Part shown: piece after piece, positions 1-9,288 of the stretch
Layout of the letters: every line of letters begins with the position of its first letter
How positions within the stretch are numbered: position 1 is the first letter of the stretch
NCBI GenBank assembly: GCA_964348085.1
Contig: CAYGBI010000012.1
Span: forward strand, 215 to 64,214
DNA length: 64,000 bases
Direction of reading: 5' to 3'
Origin: an uncultured Pseudomonadales bacterium
GTDB lineage: Bacteria > Pseudomonadota > Gammaproteobacteria > Pseudomonadales > Azotimanducaceae
The notes under the pieces: model-generated
Told to the model about the DNA's origin: nothing
Seen by the model: the letters and a program-made list of their open reading frames with translations, nothing else
Database searches by the model: none
Translations under genes and position numbers: made by a program

Positions 1-100
1 CGCGCGCCGCCCATTCCTAGTGCGGGACACTAGGATCATCGAGCCGCGAGAGCGCTCCCGGCCTCGGTGCATACCGCACGAGGCCCTCGGCAAGGTGCGC

Positions 101-628
101 CTAGGCGCCACTCAGTATCACCACCCCCTGCTCGAACGCTGAGCGCGCTCGCGCCTTTAGCTCCGGCACCGTGCGGCTGCCGATGGGGTGTTCCACCATG
201 GCGAATGGGTAGTCCGGCAAGCCGAGCGCCCGAGCGATATTGCGCCCGGTGGGTTCGAACGGGCGGGTGCAGATCACCAGCGCCGGTTTGCCGAATTGTT
301 CGAAGGAGATGCCGTCATGCACACTGCACGTTGAGCAGCTCCCTCAGTCGCCGACCGCCGTGATGAGGAAATCCGCCGCCTGCGCCAACGCGCGATGATG
401 TTCCGGTAGCGCCGGACGGCTGGCATTGCGCTTGTCGATGAAGTGCGCCGAGCGGCAACCGTAGGCATCGGCGAAGAGCGCGGCGGTTTCCCGCAGCAGA
501 ACATCCGCGTTCGCCTTGCCGTTGGCGAGCAGCCCCATTCTCAGGCCGGTGAGGTCGGCGAGGCGCGGGGCAGCGGTGCGGTTCGTATTCCCGCCTCGGC
601 CGCCCGGGTCGATCAAGGTAATCGTCAT
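101..628 (-). CDS. UGSC-motif selenoprotein candidate (175 aa, in-frame TGA at 344..346 read as selenocysteine)
   Basis: Tracked ORFs 344..628 and 101..322 share one frame. Between them lie only TGA and then GGG AGC TGC TCA ACG TGC AGT, giving ...ITAVGD-U-GSCSTCS-VHDGISF... U-G-S-C is the signature of the UGSC (seleno)protein family and a UxxC redox motif. Confidence 0.65.
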
Positions 629-646
629 TTGCTTGCTTTCTCCTAG

Positions 647-1699
647 CTAACAGTCGATGCACACGCCGACCGGTTTGGACTGCATCAGCGAACTGCGACT
701 TCGGCTCCACGACGGAATGAAAGCCGAGTGGCCGCCGGCGTCGCCGCCCGCGACGAGGATGAGAATGTCGCTCGGGTCGAAGCCGCGATGCACATCTTGG
801 GTGCCTTGGCGCTCGTGCTCCCGCGGTACGTACTTCCCCACCCGTCGCATGTCCGAGACCGTTTGCCGCGCACGATCAAAAAGGTAGCGCTGAACGTCGG
901 CTCTCGTCCAACCGGTGCCGGCGACGATGTCCGCATGTTCCGGCGACAGCACCGCCACGGACTGACCGCTGGTAATGCAGCCCAAATTGGCCATTGAATC
1001 CGCCATGCAATCGAGAATCGCCTCCGGCGTATTGCCGCCGTGGTTTTCGACGTTGCCGAACCCGGCGCCGGCGAACACGGTGACGCTGGAGATGTCCTCG
1101 CCGTAGCCGAGTTCCACATGCAGGGGCGGCCACGGGCTGCGTTCCGCCCGTTCGGCGATGCACGAACAATACTTGCCGGGATGGCCTTGGGTGGATTGGT
1201 CGGAAACGCCGGGGATCATCTCGAAGACGTTCAGGATGATGAGACGCATGGCGCGGCCGATGGTGGCGTTGGCGCGGTTGCCCGGGCCGAAGACGTTGCC
1301 GGCGGCGTTCATGCCGATGTCCCGCACCACCGGCCCGGAGACGATCAACAGCGGCGCCGCACCGCCGGTGCTGGCGGTGGAGGCGTGGAAGTTGTAGGCC
1401 GGCTCGTTGGCGGCTTCGAGCGCCGCGACGATGACCGGGAAATACTCCGGCAGGCAGCCCGCCATCACCGCGTTCACCGCCGCGGCCAGCACGCTGCACT
1501 CCAGACCCGTGGCGGGATGGGTGGCCAGCGTCGTTTCCGGCGGACGGCCCTCCATGGCGAGCATCGCCTCGACCCGGGGCGCCTCCGGCGGCACCACGGG
1601 CAGGCCGTCCGTCCAACCCCGTTCGTAACACTCGTCGATCGCCGCGAGGGCGTCGCTGGCCACTGCCACGGTCTTCGCTGAGTTCGGAATGCTGGTCAT
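647..1699 (-). CDS. conserved hypothetical protein (350 aa), co-operonic with the TRAP genes and the UGSC gene
   Basis: Long ORF with coding-like composition, 19 nt downstream of the TRAP large permease and 18 nt upstream of the UGSC gene on the same strand. No family recognised by eye (GWTDGLPVVPPEAPRVEAML N-terminal motif). Confidence 0.7.
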   Translation of the reverse strand: MTSIPNSAKTVAVASDALAAIDECYERGWTDGLPVVPPEAPRVEAMLAMEGRPPETTLATHPATGLECSVLAAAVNAVMAGCLPEYFPVIVAALEAANEPAYNFHASTASTGGAAPLLIVSGPVVRDIGMNAAGNVFGPGNRANATIGRAMRLIILNVFEMIPGVSDQSTQGHPGKYCSCIAERAERSPWPPLHVELGYGEDISSVTVFAGAGFGNVENHGGNTPEAILDCMADSMANLGCITSGQSVAVLSPEHADIVAGTGWTRADVQRYLFDRARQTVSDMRRVGKYVPREHERQGTQDVHRGFDPSDILILVAGGDAGGHSAFIPSWSRSRSSLMQSKPVGVCIDC

Positions 1700-1718
1700 T
1701 GGTATCCGCTCCTTCGAC

Positions 1719-3074
1719 TCATCGAATCCCGTAAGCCTGCCCCGGCAGCCATGTCGCCAGCGCTTGCCAATTGAAGATGATGGCGAGGCCGATGAGCTGA
1801 ATGATGATGAATGGCGTCACGCCCCGGTAAATCACCGGCAAGTCCACGCCCGGCGGCGCGACGCCGCGTAAATAGAACAACGCCCCGCCGACGGGGGGCG
1901 TTAGAAAACTCGTCTGTAAACACACCGCGAACATCACCGTGAACCAGACGGTGTCGAACTCCAGCGCCGCCACCACGGGCGCGACCAGCGGCAAGATTAT
2001 CAGGGTGAGTTCGAGCCAGTCCAAGAAGAACCCCAACAGGAAGGTAGCGATGAGAATGCAGATGATGATGCCGGTTGGGCCGAAGGGCAGGCCCAGCAGC
2101 GTGCGTTTGATGATTTCGTCGCCGCCCAAGCCGCGCAACACCAAGGTGAAGCACACCGCGCCGAGAATGGCGGCGAAGATGAACGCGGTGGTGCGCGAAG
2201 TTTCTTCCACCACCTCCGCCATCACCTTGCGGTTTAGGGAACGCTTGAACGCCGCTAACAGCAGGGCGCCGGCCGCGCCGACGCCGGCGGCCTCGGTGGG
2301 GGTGGCGAGGCCGAAGAAAATGCTGCCGAGCACCGCCAGAATGAGTAGCGCCGCCGGCACTACGGCGAGCGTGAGCTCCCACGCCGCCCGCCAATCCATG
2401 GTTTGCGCTGGGGCGGCCGGCGCACGATCGGGTTTCAGCAAACCGACGCCAAGCAGATATACGATGTACAAGCCGCCGAGCAGCATGCCGGGGAACAACG
2501 CCCCCAAGAACAAGTCGCCGACGCTCATCGCCATGCGGTCCGCCATCACCACCAGCATGATGCTCGGCGGAATGAGAATGCCGAGTGTGCCGACGGCGCA
2601 AACCGTCCCGGATGCCAAGCGCTTGTCGTAGCGGTTGTCGAGCATCGCCGGCAAACCCAGCAGGCCGAGCAGCACCACCGACGCGCCGATAATGCCCGTG
2701 GACGCCGCAAGCAGCACGCCGATGATGGTTACCGCGATGGCGAGGCCGCCGCGCACCGGGCCGAACAGTCGGGCAAAGCCGGTGAGCAGACTGCGGGCGA
2801 TGCCCGAGCGGTCCAACAGCACGCCCATGAAGATGAACATCGGCAGCGCCACCATCACCCAGTTTTCCATCACGTCCCAGATGCGATCGACGCTCATGGA
2901 GGCGTAGAACCAATCGACATTGGTGGGAATAGCGAAATCCACCTCGAAAACGATGGCCAGCACCGTGAACAGCACGGCCAAGCCGCCGAGCACCCAAGCG
3001 ATGGGATAGCCGGTGAACACCAGCGCGATGAAGGTGATGATCATCGTCAGCGCCAAAGCCTCCGACCCGCTCAC
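1719..3074 (-). CDS. TRAP transporter large permease (DctM family)
   Basis: Polytopic membrane protein with DctM-like sequence (MIITFIALVFTGYPIAWVLGG..., ...PPVGGALFYLRGVAP...). The start is either GTG at 3074, overlapping the DctQ stop as GTGA, or ATG at 3044. Confidence 0.9.
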   Translation of the reverse strand: MSGSEALALTMIITFIALVFTGYPIAWVLGGLAVLFTVLAIVFEVDFAIPTNVDWFYASMSVDRIWDVMENWVMVALPMFIFMGVLLDRSGIARSLLTGFARLFGPVRGGLAIAVTIIGVLLAASTGIIGASVVLLGLLGLPAMLDNRYDKRLASGTVCAVGTLGILIPPSIMLVVMADRMAMSVGDLFLGALFPGMLLGGLYIVYLLGVGLLKPDRAPAAPAQTMDWRAAWELTLAVVPAALLILAVLGSIFFGLATPTEAAGVGAAGALLLAAFKRSLNRKVMAEVVEETSRTTAFIFAAILGAVCFTLVLRGLGGDEIIKRTLLGLPFGPTGIIICILIATFLLGFFLDWLELTLIILPLVAPVVAALEFDTVWFTVMFAVCLQTSFLTPPVGGALFYLRGVAPPGVDLPVIYRGVTPFIIIQLIGLAIIFNWQALATWLPGQAYGIR

Positions 3075-3595
3075 GACGCCACCTTGGTCAGATACGCCCA
3101 CAGCCGACTGAGGCGGGACGCCAAGGCCGCGAGCAGGAGGAGAAACGCCGCCGGCAAGACGCCTTTCAAGAACCACCGAAACGGCAACCCGCCGGGCGAC
3201 GAGGAGACCTCCGACGCCGCCCAGCTATGGCCCACGAAATTCCAGCTAAACGCGAGCACCGCGATGATGAATGGCAGCAGCAAGAGCAACGTGCCGTAGA
3301 GCTCGATCCACACTTGCAGCCTCGGGCGCAGTCGATTGGCGAGCAGGTCGATACGAATGTGGGCGTCTACGCGGTAGGCGTAGGCGATGGCGAGCATGAA
3401 CGCCAACGCATTGATATGCCACTGTAGTTCCTCGAGCTCGATGCGGCCTTCGTCGAACACGTAGCGCAGCGTGACGTTGACGATCACCACCACGAGCAGG
3501 ACTACCCACAGCCAGCTTGCCGCTTTGCCGATCAGCGTCAACCCGCCGTCCACCGCGCGGGAAAACCGGGTTTCGGGAAGCTCGATGCCGGTCAT
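3071..3595 (-). CDS. TRAP transporter small permease (DctQ family)
   Basis: The C-terminal 174 aa of tracked ORF 3071..4948 is a four-TM DctQ-like protein. Its ATG at 3595 overlaps the DctP stop (ATGA). Confidence 0.85.
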   Translation of the reverse strand: MTGIELPETRFSRAVDGGLTLIGKAASWLWVVLLVVVIVNVTLRYVFDEGRIELEELQWHINALAFMLAIAYAYRVDAHIRIDLLANRLRPRLQVWIELYGTLLLLLPFIIAVLAFSWNFVGHSWAASEVSSSPGGLPFRWFLKGVLPAAFLLLLAALASRLSRLWAYLTKVAS

Positions 3596-4704
3596 TTGAA
3601 GTCCTTCGGCAGATACGCCAACCGCCGCCACTCGCGATAGGTCTCTTGAAACGCGCGCTGCGACTCGAGCACGGTCGCGAAATCCGGGTCGTTGGCCGCC
3701 TCTTCGTCGAGAACGGCGTCGGTTTCTCGTTTGAGCAGCCGAAGCAGCTCGTCCGAGAGGTAGTTGGCGGTGACGCCGATGTTCTCGAAGTTGGCCACTA
3801 CCGGCCCCTGCAAGGACTCCGTGAGGCCGAGGCTTTGCGCGACGGACCCCGCGCAAGCGACATCGAGCAGCGCTCGGTCCGCATCGGCGATATTCCGCCA
3901 CACCTCTAGGTTGACCACCAGATGCGTCGCGCTGAACGGCTGATGCCAGCCCGGAAAGTGGTTGTATTTGGCGATACGGGCGAAACCCAAGGCTTGGTCG
4001 GTGATGGGTTGGGAGAACTCCGTGGCGTCGATGACGCCGGTTTCCAAGGCTTGGAAAATCTCCCCGGCGGGCAGCATGGTGACCGAAGCGCCGACCCGGT
4101 CCATCACCTTGCCGCCAAGCCCGGCGAAGCGGATCTTCAGCCCTTGAAGATCGTCCGTGGAACGCAGCGGCGCACGAAACCAACCGGCGGTTTCCGGCCC
4201 GGAAATACCGCACAAGAGCGGGCGAATCTGGTGCTCCGCGTAGATACGTTCCGCCAACTCCTTGCCGCCGCCGAAGTGCCACCAGCCGATGTAGGCCCAA
4301 GGATCCAAGCCGAACGGCGTGGCGCCGAAGAGCGGCGAGACCGGCAGCTTGCCCTGATCGTAGCCCAGCCAAGTAAAGCCGGCCTGCACCTTGCGCTCCC
4401 GCACGGCGTCCGTTATTGCGAACGCCGGCGCGAGTTCGCCCGGGTCGAAAAGTTGCAGCACCACGCTGCCGCCCGACGCCGCCCGTACGGCGTCGGCCAG
4501 CCAGATGGGCGTCTCCCCGGAGCCCGGTAAGCTGCGCGGCGCGCTCAGCGGCACCCGCCAGCGAATGCGCACCGGCTGGCCGCCCTCCTGCGCGGCTGCC
4601 ACGGTGCGAGTCCCCGCCCCGGGCGGGCGTACCGCCAAGCTTGCCGCCAGCCCGGCGACGAAAGCGACGACAACCGCGACGATCACGGCGCGTTTGGAAA
4701 ACAC
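3592..4704 (-). CDS. TRAP transporter substrate-binding protein (DctP-like, COG4663-type)
   Basis: 370 aa with an N-terminal signal/anchor and TRAP solute-receptor-like sequence. It is followed directly by the Q and M components. Confidence 0.9.
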   Translation of the reverse strand: MFSKRAVIVAVVVAFVAGLAASLAVRPPGAGTRTVAAAQEGGQPVRIRWRVPLSAPRSLPGSGETPIWLADAVRAASGGSVVLQLFDPGELAPAFAITDAVRERKVQAGFTWLGYDQGKLPVSPLFGATPFGLDPWAYIGWWHFGGGKELAERIYAEHQIRPLLCGISGPETAGWFRAPLRSTDDLQGLKIRFAGLGGKVMDRVGASVTMLPAGEIFQALETGVIDATEFSQPITDQALGFARIAKYNHFPGWHQPFSATHLVVNLEVWRNIADADRALLDVACAGSVAQSLGLTESLQGPVVANFENIGVTANYLSDELLRLLKRETDAVLDEEAANDPDFATVLESQRAFQETYREWRRLAYLPKDFK

Positions 4705-4931
4705 GTGGCGGCCTCCCCGAGTGGCAATGCGTTGAGTAACCCGAATGTGCTTGCGCGGTCAACCTTGGATCGACCGACGGAGTTTGACGCAGCGCCCCCG
4801 TTATCGGAAACCGCCTGAATCCAAAAAGCGATTGCCCTCGGGCACTCGGCGCCTTCGCCGCCCCGTCACCCCCTGCCCACACGCTATACTGGCTGTCCCT
4901 TACTTCTCCCAAGATCAAGGAAATCAGCAGC

Positions 4932-7070
4932 ATGGCACTGCTTGGCACGGTTCACTACGAGGTCCGCGACGGCGTGGCGGTGCTCACCATCGATAATCCG
5001 CCCGTGAATCCGTTGAGTTCGGGCGTGCGTTTTCATCTGTCGCGGCATATGGCGACGGCGTTGGCCGACGATGCGGTGGCGGCGGTCGTGGTCACCGGCA
5101 AGGGACGCGCTTTCATCGCCGGGGCGGACATTCGCGACTTCGGCAAAACGCCGAATCCCGACGAACAGCCGGCGCAACCGGTGGGCGTGCTCATGGAGGC
5201 CGCCGAGAAACCCATCGTCGCCGCCATCAACGGCACGGCGTTCGGCGGCGGTTTGGAGCATGCACTGATGTGCCACTATCGGGTGGCGGCGCCTGGCGCG
5301 CCGGTTGGGTTGCCGGAGATCAAGATCGGTCTGTTGCCGGGTGGTGGCGGCACGCAGCGGTTGCCACGGTTGATCGGCGCGGAACGCGCCATGGACGCCA
5401 TCCTCACCGGCGATCCATTCGACACCGAAGAAGCGCTCGAACTCGGCATTCTCGACGAGATCATCGACGGCGACCTGGTCGAGGGGGCGATCACTTTCGC
5501 GAAGGGCAAGGCCGAGGCCGGCGGACCGTACCCCTTGGTGCGCAATCGCCGGGACAAGGTCGAAGCGGATCGTGGCAATCCGGACGCCCTCAAGGCCGGC
5601 GAGGCGTATCTGCGTCGCCGAATGCGTGGCCAGTTCAACGGCCGCATGGCCTTCGAGTGCGTGCGGGCGGCGGTGGAGGTCGACGACTTCGACGAAGGCA
5701 TCCGCATCGAGCGAGCCAACTTTCAGCGCTGCCACGACCACGAGCAACGCGCCGCCATGATTCACGTTTTCTTCGCCGAGCGGCGTGCGGCGCGCATTCC
5801 CGACGTCTCCGCCCACACGCCGAGCGGGACCGTCGCCACGGCCGCCACCGTTGGCGGCGGGTTGATGGGCGGCGGCATCGCCATGTGTTTCGCAGACGCC
5901 GGCATCCCGGTGAAGATCCTCGAAACGAGCGAAGAGGCGTTGGCGAACGGGCTAAAGGTCATCGCCAACAATTACTCGCGCATGACGCGTAGCGGCCGCA
6001 TCACCCCAGAGGAGCGGGAGCAGCGCTTGGCGCTCATTGACGGCACGCTGAACTATGACGACATCCGAGACGCGGACGTGGTGGTCGAAGCCGTCTACGA
6101 GAACCTCGACCTGAAGAAAGAGATATTCCAAAAGCTCGACCGCACCATGAAGGCCGGAGCCGTGCTCGCCAGCAACACCTCCGGGTTGGACTTGGACCAA
6201 ATGGCCGCCAGCACCGAGCGTCCGGGCGACGTGGTCGGCATGCACTTCTTCAGTCCCGCCAACATCATGCAGCTATTGGAGGTCGTGCGCGGGGCGGAAA
6301 CCGCCAAATCGACGCTGGCGACGGCCATGACGCTCGGCAAGATCATCGCCAAGAAGCCCGTGCTGGCCGCCAACGCGCCGGGCTTCATCGGCAATCGAAT
6401 GCTGGGCGGCTATACCCGGCAGGCCGGCGAGATCATCCTGCACGGTGCGCTGCCGGAGCAGGTGGATAAAGTGATCGTCGATTTCGGCTTCAATATGGGG
6501 CCGTTCGCGATGAACGACTTGGTGGGTCTCGATCTTGGTTGGCGGGCGCGACGGATGTCCGGAATGAAGCCGGAAGACAAGCCGCTCACCACCATCGTGC
6601 CAGACAAACTGTGCGAACTGGGTCGCTTCGGGCAGAAGACCAGGGCCGGCTTCTATCGCTACGCCGAGGGCGCGCGCCAAGGCCAACCCGATGCCGAAGT
6701 CGCCAAGCTCATCGCCGAAACATCGGCCGAACTCGGTATCGAGCGTCGCACGATTGGCGATGAAGAAGTGTTGCGACGCTGCCTCTATCCGTTGATCAAC
6801 ATTGGCGCCCAATTGCTTGAGGACGGAATCGCGCTGCGTGCCAGCGACATCGACGTGGTATACGTCTACGGCTACGGCTTCCCCAAGTACCGGGGCGGGC
6901 CGATGTACTACGCCGATCAGGTCGGCTTGCGGAACATCTACCGCGACATCGCCTCGCTACATCAGGAATACGGCGACGTCTGGCGGCCGGCACCGTTGCT
7001 GAAGCGATTGGCGGAAGAAGGAAGCACGTTCCAAGCGTGGGATGCCGCCAACGCCGCGGCCAGCGGGTGA
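4932..7070 (+). CDS. fused enoyl-CoA hydratase / 3-hydroxyacyl-CoA dehydrogenase (FadJ/FadB-like)
   Basis: 712 aa. The N-terminal part is a crotonase fold (VVVTGKGRAFIAGADI). The central part is a Rossmann fold (VGGGLMGGGIA) followed by 3-hydroxyacyl-CoA dehydrogenase C-terminal domains. Confidence 0.9.
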   Translation: MALLGTVHYEVRDGVAVLTIDNPPVNPLSSGVRFHLSRHMATALADDAVAAVVVTGKGRAFIAGADIRDFGKTPNPDEQPAQPVGVLMEAAEKPIVAAINGTAFGGGLEHALMCHYRVAAPGAPVGLPEIKIGLLPGGGGTQRLPRLIGAERAMDAILTGDPFDTEEALELGILDEIIDGDLVEGAITFAKGKAEAGGPYPLVRNRRDKVEADRGNPDALKAGEAYLRRRMRGQFNGRMAFECVRAAVEVDDFDEGIRIERANFQRCHDHEQRAAMIHVFFAERRAARIPDVSAHTPSGTVATAATVGGGLMGGGIAMCFADAGIPVKILETSEEALANGLKVIANNYSRMTRSGRITPEEREQRLALIDGTLNYDDIRDADVVVEAVYENLDLKKEIFQKLDRTMKAGAVLASNTSGLDLDQMAASTERPGDVVGMHFFSPANIMQLLEVVRGAETAKSTLATAMTLGKIIAKKPVLAANAPGFIGNRMLGGYTRQAGEIILHGALPEQVDKVIVDFGFNMGPFAMNDLVGLDLGWRARRMSGMKPEDKPLTTIVPDKLCELGRFGQKTRAGFYRYAEGARQGQPDAEVAKLIAETSAELGIERRTIGDEEVLRRCLYPLINIGAQLLEDGIALRASDIDVVYVYGYGFPKYRGGPMYYADQVGLRNIYRDIASLHQEYGDVWRPAPLLKRLAEEGSTFQAWDAANAAASG

Positions 7071-7085
7071 GCCCGCCTTTGCGTC

Positions 7086-7655
7086 GTGCAGTTCACCACT
7101 CGCAATAGCGAGGCCATTCGCGCCGGCGACGTCTCGGTCACCTTTCGCAATTGGCGGCGACCGCATGCCAAGGTGGGCGGCGTGTATCGCTTGCGGCCAG
7201 ACGGCGCCATCCGAGTCACCGGCGTGCGTGCCGTGCGGCTGTCGGAAGTCAGTGCGGCGGATGCGGCCCGGGCCGGGTTCGAGGATGTCGCCGCGTTGGC
7301 GAGGTTTCTCAAGCTGCCGGCAACGGCCGAGGTCACCCGCGTCGATTTCCAGTTGACGGACGAAGCGGCACTGAGACGCCCGCCGGTATTGACCGCGGAA
7401 GAAGCGCTGGCGCGACTCGCCGCCACCGACCGGCGCAGCGGGACGCCTTGGACGGCCGCGGTGCTAGCGTTGATCGCGGCGCACCCAGCTACGCTGGCCG
7501 CGAAGTTGGCGGTGGCGTTGGGATGGGAGACGCCCCGCCTCAAAGCCAATGTGCGCAAGCTGAAAGCCCTCGGCCTCACCGAGAGCCTGCAAACCGGCTA
7601 TCGACTGACCGAATTGGGTGCCCGAGTGACCGGCCGGTTGGCGGACCGCAAGTGA
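7086..7655 (+). CDS. ASCH-domain protein with C-terminal winged-helix-like region
   Basis: GTG start. The N-terminal ~90 aa resemble an ASCH fold (RNSEAIRAGDVSVTFRNWRRP...). The stop overlaps the next gene's GTG. Confidence 0.55.
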   Translation: MQFTTRNSEAIRAGDVSVTFRNWRRPHAKVGGVYRLRPDGAIRVTGVRAVRLSEVSAADAARAGFEDVAALARFLKLPATAEVTRVDFQLTDEAALRRPPVLTAEEALARLAATDRRSGTPWTAAVLALIAAHPATLAAKLAVALGWETPRLKANVRKLKALGLTESLQTGYRLTELGARVTGRLADRK

Positions 7656-8263
7656 AGGCGGCGCTGTTGGATATAGGCGGCGTTGTCGTCGACGTCGACC
7701 CGCGGGCGTGCTTTGCGTCTTGGGCCCAATCCGCCAACGTCGACGCCGAGCGCATCGCCGAGCGCTGGCTGGTGGACGACGCTTACAAGGCGTTTGAGGT
7801 CGGCGCCATCGAGTTCGGCGAATACGCTCGCCACCTTGCCGCTCGTCTCGGCATCACGTTGTCGGAAGAGGATTGGCGCACGGGTTGGAACGCGCTACTG
7901 CGCGAACCGATCACGGAAGTTACCCGGTTCCTGCCGAGCGTGGCTACGACCGTGCCGCTGTACGGCTTCTCCAACACCAACGCCGAGCACCAAGCGGTGT
8001 GGCAGGTGCGACTCGCCGACAGCCTGCGAGCCTTCACCAAAGTTTACGTTTCTTGGCGAATCGGTTGCCGCAAGCCGGACGTCCAAGCCTTCCGCCAAGT
8101 GGTGGACGACATCGGCGTCGCCGCGGGCGACATTCTGTTTTTGGACGACAACCTTGAAAACGTCGCCGGCGCCATCGCCGCCGGCTTGGACGCTAGACAT
8201 GTGACCGGGCCGGCTGCAACGCTAACCGTGTTGCGCGAGGTCGCCGGCGGCGTGGCGCCATAG
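7652..8263 (+). CDS. HAD-superfamily hydrolase (subfamily IA-like)
   Basis: The in-frame GTG at 7652 overlaps the upstream stop. HAD motif I is LLDIGGVVVD, a FSNTN motif follows, and the C-terminal motif is FLDDNLENV. Confidence 0.8.
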   Translation: MKAALLDIGGVVVDVDPRACFASWAQSANVDAERIAERWLVDDAYKAFEVGAIEFGEYARHLAARLGITLSEEDWRTGWNALLREPITEVTRFLPSVATTVPLYGFSNTNAEHQAVWQVRLADSLRAFTKVYVSWRIGCRKPDVQAFRQVVDDIGVAAGDILFLDDNLENVAGAIAAGLDARHVTGPAATLTVLREVAGGVAP

Positions 8264-8346
8264 GCGCCGGCGCCTGCGGTCGGTTAGCCAGTGGCGCGAG
8301 TCGTACCGCGCCACGTCCCTCGGCACATAGGCGCCGGCACTTGGGC

Positions 8347-9279
8347 CTATAGCTCGGTCAGCCGGATCGAACCGCCCGAAGTGCGCAACGCCAGCAGCGG
8401 GCCGCCGCCGTTGACGTCCCCGCGCAGGCTCTGCCTTTCCACCTCCGCCTGCTCCACCGGCAAGTCGGCGACGACGCGGCCTCCCGAAGTGCGCGCCGCC
8501 ACTCGCACGCCAACGCCGGCGGCAAGGGCCACTTCGATGTTGCCGCCGGAAGTCCTGAGTTGGCTGTCCTCGGTCGGCTGCGCCAGCAAAGCGAGGCGAA
8601 TGGAACCGCCGGAAGTTCGCGCTTGCACCGTGTTCGATGCGCCGGCGATACGAATAGAGCCGCCGGAAGTCTTGGCGTCGACCGCGCCTGCCGCTTGGCC
8701 GATACGCACCGAGCCGCCGGATGTGGTCGCTCGCACCGAGCCGTCGGCGTCGCCGATTTCGATAGTGCCGCCGGAGGTCTTGGCGCTTGCGGCGCCGCCG
8801 ACGGCGCCCATACGGATCGAACCGCCCGAAGTGTGCGCATCCGCGGGACCGGCGATGTCGCCGAACGCGATTCGGCCGCCGGAGGTGCGGGCTTCGGCTC
8901 GCCCCGCCAAATCGCCGAGGGTGATCGATCCGCCGCGGGTGGTGAGATCGACATCGTGTTGTTTGGGGATGGTTAGGCTGAACTTGATGCCGCGACAGCT
9001 TTCGCGGGCACTCCACATGTCGCAATCGCTCTTGGTGCGCGAACGAACAATGGTGGTGTTGTCTTCCAGTTCGTATTCCAAGTCGACCTTATCGGCCCCT
9101 TCGACAACCAGCTCGAGTTTCTCGCCGGCCGCGCCGGTCGAGACTTCAATAGCGCCCCGGTCGGCGTCCACGAGCAGGCGCCCACCCAAGGCGACATCGA
9201 AAGTACGTCGCTCCGTGTTGTCGGCATGGACGCCAAGGGCTGCGAGAGCAAACGAGGCGAAAGGTACGGCGGCTTTCAT
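8347..9279 (-). CDS. secreted DUF4097-type beta-strand repeat protein
   Basis: Signal peptide (MKAAVPFASFALAALGVHA) followed by about 10 tandem ~20-aa units ending in TSGGSIR/TSGGRI. Confidence 0.8.
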   Translation of the reverse strand: MKAAVPFASFALAALGVHADNTERRTFDVALGGRLLVDADRGAIEVSTGAAGEKLELVVEGADKVDLEYELEDNTTIVRSRTKSDCDMWSARESCRGIKFSLTIPKQHDVDLTTRGGSITLGDLAGRAEARTSGGRIAFGDIAGPADAHTSGGSIRMGAVGGAASAKTSGGTIEIGDADGSVRATTSGGSVRIGQAAGAVDAKTSGGSIRIAGASNTVQARTSGGSIRLALLAQPTEDSQLRTSGGNIEVALAAGVGVRVAARTSGGRVVADLPVEQAEVERQSLRGDVNGGGPLLALRTSGGSIRLTEL

Positions 9280-9288
9280 ATCAACTCC

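Noticed and set aside
16-34. Hairpin CCTAGTG-CGGGA-CACTAGG downstream of the UGSC gene as a terminator
   Set aside because: The 7-bp stem has no following U-tract in the minus-strand orientation and lies at the window edge. The evidence is insufficient.
1696-2997. 433-aa minus-strand ORF in an alternative frame within the DctM gene
   Set aside because: It overlaps the hydrophobic, clearly DctM-like frame. Its own translation is Arg/His/Gly-rich and non-membrane-like.
3596-4948. N-terminal ~450 aa of the 625-aa tracked ORF 3071..4948 (minus strand)
   Set aside because: It overlaps the well-supported DctP gene in another frame and is Arg/Gly/Ala-rich, as is typical of off-frame ORFs in high-GC DNA. 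Only the C-terminal DctQ-like 174 aa (3071..3595) is credible.
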